DNA of 38,352 nt, from positions 1-38,352 of IMG/VR virus record IMGVR_UViG_3300038701_001393; one strand, given 5' to 3'. Shown here piece by piece: positions 1 to 9,559 of this stretch. The notes beneath the pieces are model-generated. The model saw only the letters and a program-made list of their open reading frames with translations. It was not told where the DNA came from and did no database searches. The position numbers were made by a program, and so were the translations under genes. The stretch's first letter is position 1. Each line of letters begins with the position of its first letter. This DNA is from a virus.

Positions 1-127
1 CCCACCATCAGCAATAAAAGACGCCGCTTGGCCACTAGTGCTTGATGTGGCATAAACGCCATAAGCGCCAAGAGGTGCAGTTTCGGCTGCATTCAGTCCA
101 TTAAAGTTAGGATTTCTAATATAATTG
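1..127. repeat. 127-bp terminal direct repeat identical to 38226..38352 (circular-assembly overlap; unique genome 38,225 bp)
   Basis: Base-by-base comparison: 1..127 (cccaccatcagcaataaaag...ctaatataattg) equals 38226..38352 exactly. An exact end overlap of this kind is what a de Bruijn assembler leaves on a circular or terminally redundant molecule. Confidence 0.95.
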
Positions 128-1257
128 TGGTGAGACTGAAATCCATCTAAATAGACTGCCGCAGTTGTATAGCCACGAGCAAAACACGAATTAAACTCAT
201 GGAAATCGTTTCCAGCATCTGTTCCGGTATTTGTAACCAGATAACAAGAAGAAACTTGGCCATTCCCAACAACACTCAAGCTGTTAAATATATTTGAACT
301 CGCACTTAAATTATTAAGCGTATTATCCTGAGTGGTAACAAAACCATTTGTTAAAGAGTTGGGAGCTTCGACATAGATCTCCATATCTTCAACACGACAA
401 TGATTGCAATCGACAAGGTTTATACCATTGGCAAATGATCCAGAAACAATCAACCGAGTCTTCCCGGCCCCTAAACCTTTAAGAATGACTCCATACCCTT
501 CTTGAACTTGTATTTCGGATGTAATCGTTACCTCGTCCTCATTAATAACCACTGCTCCAAGGAGGGCATCTAGTGTTATACCTTCTTTTCGCTCAAAGTT
601 TAAAGTCAAAAGTTCATCTATTGCGGCTTGAACCCCAGTTTGACCGCCTCCAAACCAGGAGGAATAAATAGCACCCTCAAACACCCTCTGAGCATACCAA
701 TCCGTATTAATAACAATAATAGTCCCGCCGTTATCCGTAAGACCGTGAGCAGCAGAGTTTCTTAGGACAAAGTCGCCTGCTATGCCGTCGTTGGTGACAG
801 TAGCAACATCACCATCTTGAAGTTCAGAAGACGTTAGCGCGCGTAAAGCTGTGTAATTAGTTACGTGTAAGTTTTCCAGAAAGTCTGCAACAGTTGTTCC
901 GGTTCTAAAGTTGAGCTGAGAAGCATCAAACTGACCTGTAATATTATCCACAACCCATACAGCGTTAGCTGTTGTATTATTATCAGCGTCTGTAGAATTT
1001 GTGTATAAAACCAGTTTATAGCTAGCGTTAAAGTGGGGAATAAATACCGTAGTCTCATCAGCATCATTTGAGATAGGCTCGCCACGAGAATTAAGCGCAC
1101 ACTTAGCCAATGTGGCCGTAGGTGTACTGTCTGTTCCCATACTCAATGGCGTAGTAGTACCTGCCGAATAACCCTTTAAATAATAACCATTAGCTGCTGC
1201 ACCGCCCGCATTGCGTTGAAACTGAGGTACTGCGCCCGATACTGGTGTATATGCCAT
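1..1257 (-). CDS. Tailspike / tail fibre with right-handed beta-helix (pectate-lyase-like) domain, N-terminal 419 codons. The gene crosses the circular junction and ends at 37473 (about 669 aa in total).
   Basis: ATG at 1257..1255 sits directly after the TAA (1258..1260) of the upstream gene. I read all 419 in-frame codons down to position 1 and found no stop. The frame continues through the 127-bp repeat into 38225..37473. N-terminus: MAYTPVSGAVPQFQRNAGG..YYLKGYSAGTTTPLSMGTD. Centre: GINLVDCNHCRVEDMEIYVEAPNS and repeated N/G/T-rich beta-helix-like turns. It is missing from the ORF track because it has no stop inside the window start. Confidence 0.8.
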   Translation of the reverse strand, partial: MAYTPVSGAVPQFQRNAGGAAANGYYLKGYSAGTTTPLSMGTDSTPTATLAKCALNSRGEPISNDADETTVFIPHFNASYKLVLYTNSTDADNNTTANAVWVVDNITGQFDASQLNFRTGTTVADFLENLHVTNYTALRALTSSELQDGDVATVTNDGIAGDFVLRNSAAHGLTDNGGTIIVINTDWYAQRVFEGAIYSSWFGGGQTGVQAAIDELLTLNFERKEGITLDALLGAVVINEDEVTITSEIQVQEGYGVILKGLGAGKTRLIVSGSFANGINLVDCNHCRVEDMEIYVEAPNSLTNGFVTTQDNTLNNLSASSNIFNSLSVVGNGQVSSCYLVTNTGTDAGNDFHEFNSCFARGYTTAAVYLDGFQSHHNYIRNPNFNGLNAAETAPLGAYGVYATSSTSGQAASFIADGG

Positions 1258-3159
1258 TTACTCTTCCTCCGCTGCAACTGCAGCTGCAGACGTTAAGCCC
1301 GCACCCGTAATTAAAGCTCTTTGTTGTCTTTGTTTTTTCGCTATTTCTGCAGCCTGTACAGCCAATTCCGATCCCGCTTTATCCAAATTAACGTCTGGCC
1401 TCATAAGCAGCTCAGATAACTCTTGAGCGCTTTGTTGGGATTTTGGAACGTTAGCCATATAGGCTCTAGCTATTTGCTCGGCATTATTACCAGCGCGTAT
1501 CACTCTATCAGCTAGACGCGCATTTTTTAGTGTTAGCTTCTGTGCAAGCCCCCTGGAAACCTGACCTATAGCCGGAACAACAAGCGCCCCTACTGCGGCA
1601 CCACCACTACCAGCTAGAGCGCCTAAGGCGGCACCACCACTACCACCAATTGCACCACCAACAATATTGGTTGCCTGACCCTCGCTTAATGCAAACCGAC
1701 CAAAAAGCTTAGCTATATTTGCACCTTTTGTCCCCTGCACAACACTATTCATAGCTTTTAGCTCTTCTTTGCTAAAAAACTTTTTCTTTTTGTCGCTGTT
1801 TAGAATCTGACGAAACTGAACACGAATACCATTTTCAAAACCAGAAGCCTGCCCCCTAGCCTTCTCTATGGCCTCATTAATCATCTGAGATCGACGGCCT
1901 TGACCCCAAAGCTTTCTTGCGGTCTTAACTTGGTTAACAGCTAGATTATTACCCCCCTCAAGCATTCTTGCGTCAAGGCTGTTAAACAAGCTGTCTATCT
2001 GGTCAATAATTTCCACACCTAACGCAGAAACCTTTTTGTTTGTGCTATTAGCCGCAGCCTGCGCGGTCTCCCTAGCCTGATCTATCTGCCTAAAGGTTGG
2101 CGCGCCACCAACAAGCTCTTCTAGGCGTTGGAGGGCTCGAGTCGCCTCTGGCGTATTACTAACACCGCCCTGCTTTGGAATATCCAAGCCCTTATCTTCC
2201 AGCTTTTTTCGAAGATTTCTCACAAAACCAGAAAAAAACTTATCTTTAACGATTACACCAGAATCATTCGCGGCCTCAAAAAGCTCATTGGAGGCTCTAA
2301 ACAACTGCTCTTGGGTTGGTGCCGCATCATCTAACGCTCGAGCAATTTCCTTTCCGGTAGGAGCTCTACGAATCAACTCCTCACCCTCATCTATTAGGCG
2401 CTGAGGAAGTTGATCAGGGCTGCCAAACTTAAGAGCAGCAAGCCTTTCTGCGCCAGCTCCCAAAGCTCCCCCGAGAAGTGCTGATGTAGCAATCTGGTCA
2501 GGAGCGGCTCCTTCTCCGGCAGCAATTGTTGCGGCCTCTGTTGCCCCAAGAGCTCCACTGATACCTGTTCTACCAGCTGTAGATGTGACTTGCGGGACAA
2601 GTGTCGCGCCTCCTCTTGTTAGTTGTACACCAGTGCCAACTGTCCCTGTTAATGGGGCAGCCGCTATAAATGGGGCGGCTTCGCCAGCTATCTTCCCTAA
2701 CTGTGCTGAACCCCTCGTTTTTTGCAACTCTTGTAAGGCGGGATCTTCGAGCTCCTGAAAAACATCTCCACCAAACGGTCTTGAAACACCCCTGCCCAAA
2801 GTTCTCAAACCCTGCTGAAATCCAACGGCCGCAGCCTCAACGGGGCCGAGCTCTTCAATAGTTTGAGCTAGAAATGGGTCTCTTTCCCGTAAAGACTCAA
2901 AAGCCTGCTTCCTTTGAGAAGAGGCGGATGGAGCGGTCGGTCTTACCGACTCCGGCAAAACTCCAAGCTGTCTCTCTCTAGCCTCTAGCAATAACCGCTG
3001 ATGCTCTGGCGGAAGACTTTGAGCTTCTGGGCTTAACAACTCTGAGCCGGGAACAGGTTTAGATGGGGAAAACTGTTTTTGTAGTACGGCACGAATATCT
3101 TCCTGAGACATATCATCAGGAAACTTTATTCTTTGATCACCAACTTTAACAATAGGCAT
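1258..3159 (-). CDS. Internal virion / DNA-ejection protein (633 aa), putative
   Basis: The start is coupled to the upstream stop (TAATG at 3157..3161). N-terminus MPIVKVGDQRIKFPDDMSQEDIRAVLQKQF. Gly/Ala hydrophobic segment GGAIGGSGGAALGALAGSGGAAVGALVVPAIG. It occupies the gp7/gp20/gp16-equivalent slot between the hub genes and the tailspike. Function is inferred from position and composition. Confidence 0.6.
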   Translation of the reverse strand: MPIVKVGDQRIKFPDDMSQEDIRAVLQKQFSPSKPVPGSELLSPEAQSLPPEHQRLLLEARERQLGVLPESVRPTAPSASSQRKQAFESLRERDPFLAQTIEELGPVEAAAVGFQQGLRTLGRGVSRPFGGDVFQELEDPALQELQKTRGSAQLGKIAGEAAPFIAAAPLTGTVGTGVQLTRGGATLVPQVTSTAGRTGISGALGATEAATIAAGEGAAPDQIATSALLGGALGAGAERLAALKFGSPDQLPQRLIDEGEELIRRAPTGKEIARALDDAAPTQEQLFRASNELFEAANDSGVIVKDKFFSGFVRNLRKKLEDKGLDIPKQGGVSNTPEATRALQRLEELVGGAPTFRQIDQARETAQAAANSTNKKVSALGVEIIDQIDSLFNSLDARMLEGGNNLAVNQVKTARKLWGQGRRSQMINEAIEKARGQASGFENGIRVQFRQILNSDKKKKFFSKEELKAMNSVVQGTKGANIAKLFGRFALSEGQATNIVGGAIGGSGGAALGALAGSGGAAVGALVVPAIGQVSRGLAQKLTLKNARLADRVIRAGNNAEQIARAYMANVPKSQQSAQELSELLMRPDVNLDKAGSELAVQAAEIAKKQRQQRALITGAGLTSAAAVAAEEE

Positions 3160-4076
3160 TACTTAAATGTCCCGCTAACTGGATCAAACTCAAGATCAAA
3201 ACCCTGCTCAGATGGCTGTTGAGTCGGATCTGCGGCGGGTGCTGATGGCTGTACGGACTGGCCTCGACGTTGTTTCATTTCTTCAACAAAATCAGCCACT
3301 GATCCACCGCGCTCCAAAAATGCGATTTGCTCCTCAAAATAGGATCTAAGTTTCTCTTGAGCCGCCTTTTTATCTAATAGGAACTGCTTCAATTCTTCCG
3401 GCGGAAGATCTTTAGGTAGGCCAACCTCTTTAGCCAAGTTAAGCTCAGCCTCACTAATAGCGCCCAAAGTGACACCAGAAATAACATCAAGAGCAAACTC
3501 GTTCTGAAGGTTATCCAATTTAATAGAGGCTGCGCGTATAGATGGGAAGAATCTATTTTGAATCTTGCCTGTGCTAGCGCCTTCATCTAAAGCATTAAGG
3601 GCTCTATCAATATTTCTCAGACCCGTATTAATATTGTTAATACGATCAAATCCAGCATCAATTTTTTTAGCTCTCGATGAGCCAGTAAGTTCTGAGAATT
3701 TAGTTCTTTCTTTGATGATTGACTCAGACTCGGCCACCTGTTCAGTCAAATCAGGAGTTGTCGCAGTTGTTATTGCAGAAGATCCCACGGCCCTTGGAGC
3801 CAACCCCAAACGAATACGAAGAGCCTTTTCTTGTTCTTCGGGACTTAAAACCTTAATAGATTCTCTAAAGGATAAAAGATCCGCAGATAACTGAGGCTGA
3901 CTAGAGGCTAAAGCTTGCTGTTGAGCTTGAGCCAAACGAGCTTCCTGCAACTTCTGCAACAAAGGAGCCTGCTGAATAGCCTGACGAGCCTGCAATCCTT
4001 GTTGAAGACTCGACATTAAGTCTAAAGGGGTGACCGCTCTGCCAGCTTGTAATGCAATATTAGGATCTAAAGCCAT
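3159..4076 (-). CDS. Internal virion / ejection protein (305 aa), putative
   Basis: Gln/Ala-rich ORF, TAATG-coupled at both ends (4074..4078 and 3157..3161), inside the ejection-protein block. I recognised no named motif. Confidence 0.5.
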   Translation of the reverse strand: MALDPNIALQAGRAVTPLDLMSSLQQGLQARQAIQQAPLLQKLQEARLAQAQQQALASSQPQLSADLLSFRESIKVLSPEEQEKALRIRLGLAPRAVGSSAITTATTPDLTEQVAESESIIKERTKFSELTGSSRAKKIDAGFDRINNINTGLRNIDRALNALDEGASTGKIQNRFFPSIRAASIKLDNLQNEFALDVISGVTLGAISEAELNLAKEVGLPKDLPPEELKQFLLDKKAAQEKLRSYFEEQIAFLERGGSVADFVEEMKQRRGQSVQPSAPAADPTQQPSEQGFDLEFDPVSGTFK

Positions 4077-4981
4077 TAGAGTACTCCATAGTCAACCATC
4101 AGATAGCCATCTTTCTCCAAGACAGCACCAGGGTTAATTGCCTGTACATCTTGAGCCATAACGCCGTAATACCATTGATCAGAGCTCTTATACTGATACT
4201 TATAGGCATCGTACTCTTTGTACTTACCAACCCTGGTGATATTTCTCTTAAGCCTTCGGTCCGAGAACAAAAGACCCAGACCTTGACCAAGCAAATTAAC
4301 AACATTTTGTGTCCCAGCAGCACCCGCTTGAGCTGCACCAACCTGACCAGCCGCCTGAGCATTAGCAATCTGAGTCAATAAATCACCTGTGCGACCAGCA
4401 GTATTAATTCCACTAACACCAGTCTGTGCAGCACTCGCCTGCCCAACACCCAAGGCAGATAAAAGATCACTTCTTTGACGTGAGAGCAAATCAGATCCAG
4501 TTCTTAGGAATGCATCCTGAAGCAAAACATCTGTCTCACCTGCAGGGCGACCTTGTGCCGCCTGAGATGCTTGGATTCGTCGCTGGGATTCATCTAGAAG
4601 TGCTTGTAATGCGGGATCTTGAGCAATTGAAGCGCCTGCCGTAGGCCCAAATAAACCCTGAGCTTGAGGTAATAAATCAGTACCCAAAGCTCCAGCAAAT
4701 GGGGCTAATGACTCCTCTAGTCGGCGCTGAGCTTCTTCCGCTACTGTGATAGCGCGCTGGCCCGCATCCTCTTGAAGTCCAGCCGCTCGACGAGCCGCCT
4801 CTTCCGCAGACCTGCCCGTGATGTCGTTTATAGCTCCGGTCAAAGGGTCGATAGCCAGCCCAACAGCACCGCCTAGACCGCCACCTAGAAGGTTTCCTAC
4901 GCCAAACCCAGCAATATCCAGACCCGTAGACTCCCGGAGGGGATCTCGAATCTGCTCTTGGAAAAAGCTACCTATACCCAT
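4076..4981 (-). CDS. Virion protein with a glycine-zipper N-terminus, an Ala/Gln-rich helical region and a C-terminal peptidase-S74 intramolecular-chaperone domain
   Basis: ATG 4981 is preceded by a GGTGG SD (the track start at 4993 is GTG). N-terminus GFGVGNLLGGGLGGAVGLAI. C-terminus SDRRLKRNITRVG...YYGVMAQDVQAINPGAVLEKDGYLMVDYGVL fits the S-D-x-x-L-K-x-N-I autocleavage site and core of the endosialidase-chaperone domain (Peptidase_S74). Confidence 0.65.
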   Translation of the reverse strand: MGIGSFFQEQIRDPLRESTGLDIAGFGVGNLLGGGLGGAVGLAIDPLTGAINDITGRSAEEAARRAAGLQEDAGQRAITVAEEAQRRLEESLAPFAGALGTDLLPQAQGLFGPTAGASIAQDPALQALLDESQRRIQASQAAQGRPAGETDVLLQDAFLRTGSDLLSRQRSDLLSALGVGQASAAQTGVSGINTAGRTGDLLTQIANAQAAGQVGAAQAGAAGTQNVVNLLGQGLGLLFSDRRLKRNITRVGKYKEYDAYKYQYKSSDQWYYGVMAQDVQAINPGAVLEKDGYLMVDYGVL

Positions 4982-5023
4982 AATAACCACCAAATAAAAA
5001 TATACTTAAAGAGTATAACATGA

Positions 5024-5356
5024 TTAGTTTGTAAGCTCTTTTATGCCTAAATTCAAATTTAACGATGATGCGGATGAAGCTAAGGCATACACAGTATCCC
5101 CAGTACTTAAAACCCTGCCAACTATAGGGATAGACAGCGTTTCGTTTGGCCAAATATCTTTCTTGTAATACTGGTTAGCCACGGAAACAGAAGCGCCATT
5201 CTGAACTATATTTAACGTTAGTGTTACGGTAGACGTCCCTTCATTATGAACAACCGCATAAATAATATGAGAGCTAGCAACCGAGGGAACGGTATAGAGT
5301 AGTGTTGAAGTGGCTGGAACCTGCTCCAACGGATAATCTTTATAAGATGTCGCCAT
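5024..5356 (-). CDS. Hypothetical small beta-rich protein in the tail module (110 aa)
   Basis: Clean ORF with a 2-nt gap to the upstream gene, on the same strand as the structural operon. No motif recognised. Confidence 0.5.
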   Translation of the reverse strand: MATSYKDYPLEQVPATSTLLYTVPSVASSHIIYAVVHNEGTSTVTLTLNIVQNGASVSVANQYYKKDIWPNETLSIPIVGRVLSTGDTVYALASSASSLNLNLGIKELTN

Positions 5357-5358
5357 AA

Positions 5359-6516
5359 CTACACCGAATCATAAATATTAAAAGAGAGGCGGGCTGAAAC
5401 CTCTGTATTGTTAGTGTTGGTAGAGGCTGTGCACCAAATTACATCGCGCCCACTAAAAGGAAAGTTGACGGGATCAACAATTTCCAAATGGTTCTCTGTC
5501 GAAGTATCCATCACGTATCGAAAAACCTCATATTGCGTCTCAACCAGTCGGTTATATACAAACATCTTAAATGTGACCCTAGGAGAGCCACCGCCCGATA
5601 TCTTAAGAGCATTCACAAATAGAAACTTAGCCACACCTACCGCGTTAATAGGAATATGCGCCCATAACTGCTGTGTAACACTTGTTTCCGCAGGAACAAA
5701 CGCCTGAACACTGCCGCCTGTAGTCGCGGTGACGGTAATGTCATTAGTATTGGTATTAGCGCTACCGCTTGAGACAACCACCACTCTATTAATTCCCAGC
5801 CCGCTAAAGCTAGTAGTATCCGAACCGCTAGATCCGAGAGCATGAGTCCCCTGCTGTAACTCAAAGTTCTCATCGAGATAATCAACAAGCAAAACCGTAG
5901 CGCCAGTTGTAGAGCTACCATCTGTTGTATTGTTATACGCAATATCAAACGTTCCAGCTGTTGTCATTATTGTAGGGGTGTTCGTTGCACTATCTGCGAT
6001 GATTAAAGCGTCACCGTCTGATGTATCTACATCGTCGCGAAACGCAAACTTATTTAGCTGAGATACACCACTCCTTAAACCCCTCGTGACCTCATCCTGG
6101 AAATCGGCAGGTCTGGTCAGGATGGAATCAGCATCCAAACCCTGAGATTGGTTTAAAGGGCTGTTAGGCACCTTAGCGAAGGCTCCATAATACGTATAAA
6201 GCTGGAAGGTAGACTGCGCAGAGGCAGAGTTAACAAACCTAACCCTGAAATACCGTGGACCCTTTACTGCTGTATGAAACTCATGGATACCCGCTGCAAC
6301 AGAAAAACCCTGAACCGGGAATGTGCGCCAATCCGTACCATTAACCGAGAAATCAAAATATAACGTGCCCTCAGTATCTGAATAGCATGAGCACATAACA
6401 TCAGGGAATGGATTTTGTTCTGCTGTACCCGTGAAAGTAGCGCTAGATGCCAGTGTTGTTGTAGTGGTGTTTGTGGCGCTCTGTATGCCGTAACCAGGGT
6501 TAGAAATAAAACTCAT
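5359..6516 (-). CDS. Hypothetical virion/tail-associated protein (385 aa), T/S/N-rich
   Basis: ATG 6516 makes an ATGA overlap with the stop of the 6513..7004 gene (the track start at 6528 is GTG). It contains runs such as NTTTTTLASS and SGSANTNTND. No nameable domain. Confidence 0.6.
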   Translation of the reverse strand: MSFISNPGYGIQSATNTTTTTLASSATFTGTAEQNPFPDVMCSCYSDTEGTLYFDFSVNGTDWRTFPVQGFSVAAGIHEFHTAVKGPRYFRVRFVNSASAQSTFQLYTYYGAFAKVPNSPLNQSQGLDADSILTRPADFQDEVTRGLRSGVSQLNKFAFRDDVDTSDGDALIIADSATNTPTIMTTAGTFDIAYNNTTDGSSTTGATVLLVDYLDENFELQQGTHALGSSGSDTTSFSGLGINRVVVVSSGSANTNTNDITVTATTGGSVQAFVPAETSVTQQLWAHIPINAVGVAKFLFVNALKISGGGSPRVTFKMFVYNRLVETQYEVFRYVMDTSTENHLEIVDPVNFPFSGRDVIWCTASTNTNNTEVSARLSFNIYDSV

Positions 6517-7004
6517 TGAATTACCCACTCACCAGCATCATCAATATATTTAAAGTGTGCAACATCATAAGCTCTATGTATTTTATATTCTGTTTGATCG
6601 TTTACATCCCCAGAAACAGTAACGATTATGTCGCTAGATGGCTGAACCCAAACCTCTTCACCACCCTTGGGGTTTGAGTTTAATGTAACCGTAGCAGTGG
6701 CTGTAACCCTTACAAACTCATTGCCAGATGTGGTGTGCGCTGAACTTACAGAGTAATAGCGTATTTGTTGATCATCAAAAATAGTTTGAAATAGCGCCTG
6801 AATGTTTTGCAGTCTATATGTTTGATTCTCTACACTTTCAATCTTATCCGATAGAGAGGTGGTGTCGTCGGTCGTCCCGCCAGTTCTCAAGTAAATCTGA
6901 TCAAGAATTAAGAATAGCTGCTTCCATAGATTGTTTTGTTCGGCCGTATATTGCTCATATGGATGGATTGAATATAGCGTGGCTGGTGGTATTACATCTG
7001 TCAT
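6513..7004 (-). CDS. Hypothetical tail protein in the needle/plug slot (163 aa)
   Basis: ATG 7004 makes an ATGA overlap with the hub gene stop (7001..7003). A heptad-like segment SLSDKIESVENQTYRLQNIQALFQTIF is followed by a beta-rich C-terminus. It occupies the position of P22 gp26 after the gp10-like gene. Function is positional only. Confidence 0.45.
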   Translation of the reverse strand: MTDVIPPATLYSIHPYEQYTAEQNNLWKQLFLILDQIYLRTGGTTDDTTSLSDKIESVENQTYRLQNIQALFQTIFDDQQIRYYSVSSAHTTSGNEFVRVTATATVTLNSNPKGGEEVWVQPSSDIIVTVSGDVNDQTEYKIHRAYDVAHFKYIDDAGEWVIQ

Positions 7005-8425
7005 CGCCCAGCCTCCCGAACCCATATAGCCGAATCATAAACATCAAAGGCCGTGTTCTCTGTATACCGAATTTTAACGGTTAGATCTTTAAACTTGGCA
7101 TTAGAGTAATAATCAACATTTTTTATGTAGTCACCAACTTCACCTAACGAAAGGAATTTGGAAGACCCAAAGTTCCTACCTCCATCCGTTGAAATGCTCA
7201 CTTCCATTTGTGGATTATCATCGCTCACACCAACACCCGTATTAACCGCAAACTGCAAACACTTCATTTGCAGATTCGCCCTAGGCGCTCCAAGCGTTTC
7301 TCCAGCCATGGGCCGGAATACTCTCTCTCTAACACGAGTCACAGAATTATCCTGATATGTATCAACATCCAACTCGTAAATATTGCCGCCAAATCTATCG
7401 CCAACGAGTATTTTATTAAATAACCAAGCAAACGTTTTGCCTAGATATAGTTGACCATCTATATGGTAATCAAGCTCAAACCAAAGACTGGTTTCCTCGG
7501 AAAAACACCAAGTCTTCCCTTCTGTTGGAAACACAAACATGACAACATCCTGCCCATGCACCTTAGTGCATTGGACGTATGCCGTTTCTTTTGTGTATGT
7601 CTCAAATAAAGTGGTAATACCAGGGTTGTTCTCAGCTATATCTCTAGCCTGAAACGAAACTATGCGGTATGGAATTTTGTCATTTCCAAGAAAATATAAG
7701 GCTTGAGATGTTCCGCATATGGCGTTTTTGTTTGCCAATCCGGTAGATTCAATAATCACCCCATTAATGCGAGCAAAAGGAGGGTTTCCAGAACCTATAT
7801 CCTGCCAGGGCTCAAAAGTAGACTCCCCAGCTACAAACAAGAACTGGTCAAACACCTTTATTCCGCGCGTTAAATCAGAGTTTGACTTGGCCTCAAAAGG
7901 AATTTCTGTACCAAAAGTTGTAGCGCCCACATCGCTTAGGTGAACTCTTCCCGCAGTATCTAGAACCACAAAACGTTCGTTTAAATAATCAACCTGATCA
8001 GGTGTAAAGCTTAAGGAAAGCGTTGTTAATGTCGTCCCATCATGGGTGTACGCCGTTCCACCACCAACAATAAATAAAACATTGCCGTTATCGGCCATAG
8101 AAACAAGACCAGAACCCGCTATGACTCCCTCATTTGTCTGCGCTCCGGTGGAGTCAATCTTATATAAAGTACTTCCTGAAACCTTCCACGCATTCGCAAG
8201 AAATGGCTTTCTATGAATGCCGCGATCAAACTCCCCCGCCGCGCCAGACGACCAAAGTTTGAGGCCAGGAAACGAATATAAAGCCGCAGTATTCGTCAGA
8301 GAATTCTGAGCGGGAACGGGCACCATATTCTTTGTATATTGAGACGAAAGATCTTTAGCTGAGGATATAAAGGAATCGCCAACCACTGTATATGGCTGCC
8401 TTTGAAAGCTAGTACTAAAAGGCAT
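7001..8425 (-). CDS. Tail hub / packaged-DNA stabilisation protein, P22 gp10-like
   Basis: 474 aa (P22 gp10 is about 472 aa). By eye, the N-terminal third parallels my recollection of gp10: LYSFPGL.., STLYKID..EGVIAGSGLVSMADNG..GGGTAYTHDGTT here, against ..LRSFPGI.., GGKLYKG..VGDVAGSGRVSMAHGR..LVEYRYDGT in gp10. It sits after the adaptor-like gene. Confidence 0.6.
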   Translation of the reverse strand: MPFSTSFQRQPYTVVGDSFISSAKDLSSQYTKNMVPVPAQNSLTNTAALYSFPGLKLWSSGAAGEFDRGIHRKPFLANAWKVSGSTLYKIDSTGAQTNEGVIAGSGLVSMADNGNVLFIVGGGTAYTHDGTTLTTLSLSFTPDQVDYLNERFVVLDTAGRVHLSDVGATTFGTEIPFEAKSNSDLTRGIKVFDQFLFVAGESTFEPWQDIGSGNPPFARINGVIIESTGLANKNAICGTSQALYFLGNDKIPYRIVSFQARDIAENNPGITTLFETYTKETAYVQCTKVHGQDVVMFVFPTEGKTWCFSEETSLWFELDYHIDGQLYLGKTFAWLFNKILVGDRFGGNIYELDVDTYQDNSVTRVRERVFRPMAGETLGAPRANLQMKCLQFAVNTGVGVSDDNPQMEVSISTDGGRNFGSSKFLSLGEVGDYIKNVDYYSNAKFKDLTVKIRYTENTAFDVYDSAIWVREAGR

Positions 8426-9048
8426 TAGGGCGTACTCCCTTCAGTCCTCATTCTTGGAGCAGGGCCGTAACGACCCTTGTTAAACCGCTTGTTACATCCC
8501 TTAATGGCCTGCATAAACTGATTGTAGTAATACGTAGCTTTCTCTTCCTCTGCATTATAGAGGTTTACAGCCCACATAGCTCCCATTAGGTACACGCTTG
8601 GACAGTCTGCAAGAATGTCGTTCGTGGTATTCGTATCATCCAGGGCGGTAAGCTTCTGGAAGTAATTAATCTCTATCGTATAGGTAGAATCCGGCACTCG
8701 ATCCCATACAAACTGTGAGGTGACTGTAAAAGATCTTGGCATACCGTTACCCGCGACCTCTTGTAGAGATTCGGGTGTAGCGTATTTAATATCTTGATTG
8801 TTTCCTGATAAAACCAGGCTTAAGCTGCGCAATTCAAGAAAGTTGGAGGGAAGAGCTAAAAATCTCGTGCCGTCCGTAGTGTCCGTAGTTCTGGTTTCCA
8901 TAGATCTATGGCGTATAGGCTGCTGTGCATTCCCATACATTTCAGCCTCAGCTAGATCAATCGCGTCATCAACAATATCGCTGATTCCGTTAGACCCATC
9001 TAGCCTTACAATGGCCGCCTTTAAGTTCGAATAATTATCAAGTGCCAT
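8425..9048 (-). CDS. Head-to-tail adaptor / head completion protein, putative
   Basis: 207 aa. The N-terminus YSNLKAAIVRLDGSNGISDIVDDAIDLAEAEMY resembles the conserved start of phage adaptor proteins. It lies directly upstream of the hub gene. Weak call, mostly positional. Confidence 0.45.
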   Translation of the reverse strand: MALDNYSNLKAAIVRLDGSNGISDIVDDAIDLAEAEMYGNAQQPIRHRSMETRTTDTTDGTRFLALPSNFLELRSLSLVLSGNNQDIKYATPESLQEVAGNGMPRSFTVTSQFVWDRVPDSTYTIEINYFQKLTALDDTNTTNDILADCPSVYLMGAMWAVNLYNAEEEKATYYYNQFMQAIKGCNKRFNKGRYGPAPRMRTEGSTP

Positions 9049-9559
9049 CTAGGGATCTCGCTATTACATAGAACCCATGAGGAGTATGGGTTAATTGGTG
9101 TACTTTAAATCTAGACCATAACTTCGGTAGCCACCACGTATAATCCTCTTGTGTTAGATGCGCATTTCGTCCATCTGTAAGAGTTTTAATCGCTGGTCCT
9201 GTATGTATTGTAAAGAATCCATACTTCTTAGTCACTCTTTGCAGATCATTGAGCACATTGTCAAGCATATCCGGCTCAATATGTTCTAAAACATCAATAC
9301 ATGTCACAAACTCACGCGGCTCTGGATCTTCCGACCACTCGGGCATAGCTGGATCATATAGTTCAATTAAAACACGTCGATCAGGGTCAATAGATTTTGC
9401 CAATCGTCCTTTTCCTGCCCCATAATCGAGCATTTCATTAATTTTAAGAGTGTTGATTAAGTTTGTAACCATTGGCGCAAACGACACCGAAGCCACTCCG
9501 TATTCTGGGTTTTCGTGTAGCTTCTCCTGCTCTTTGCGGTATTCATCACTTATTAGCAC
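9038..9559 (-). CDS. Class I SAM-dependent methyltransferase
   Basis: 173 aa. Motif I LDYGAGKGRLA, acidic post-I LYDP, and CIDVLEHIEPD typical of Methyltransf_11/23-type enzymes. It overlaps both neighbours by 14 and 11 nt. Confidence 0.7.
   Translation of the reverse strand: MLISDEYRKEQEKLHENPEYGVASVSFAPMVTNLINTLKINEMLDYGAGKGRLAKSIDPDRRVLIELYDPAMPEWSEDPEPREFVTCIDVLEHIEPDMLDNVLNDLQRVTKKYGFFTIHTGPAIKTLTDGRNAHLTQEDYTWWLPKLWSRFKVHQLTHTPHGFYVIARSLDGT

Noticed and set aside
861-1100. 79-aa minus-strand ORF within 1..1257. Similar nested ORFs occur at 2394..2600, 3389..3586, 4099..4368, 4968..5153, 5637..5948, 15106..15333, 16084..16290, 18800..19006 and 21321..21575.
   Set aside because: These are alternative frames nested inside long genes with strong motif or synteny support. 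Their peptides are leucine/isoleucine-rich nonsense-like sequences.
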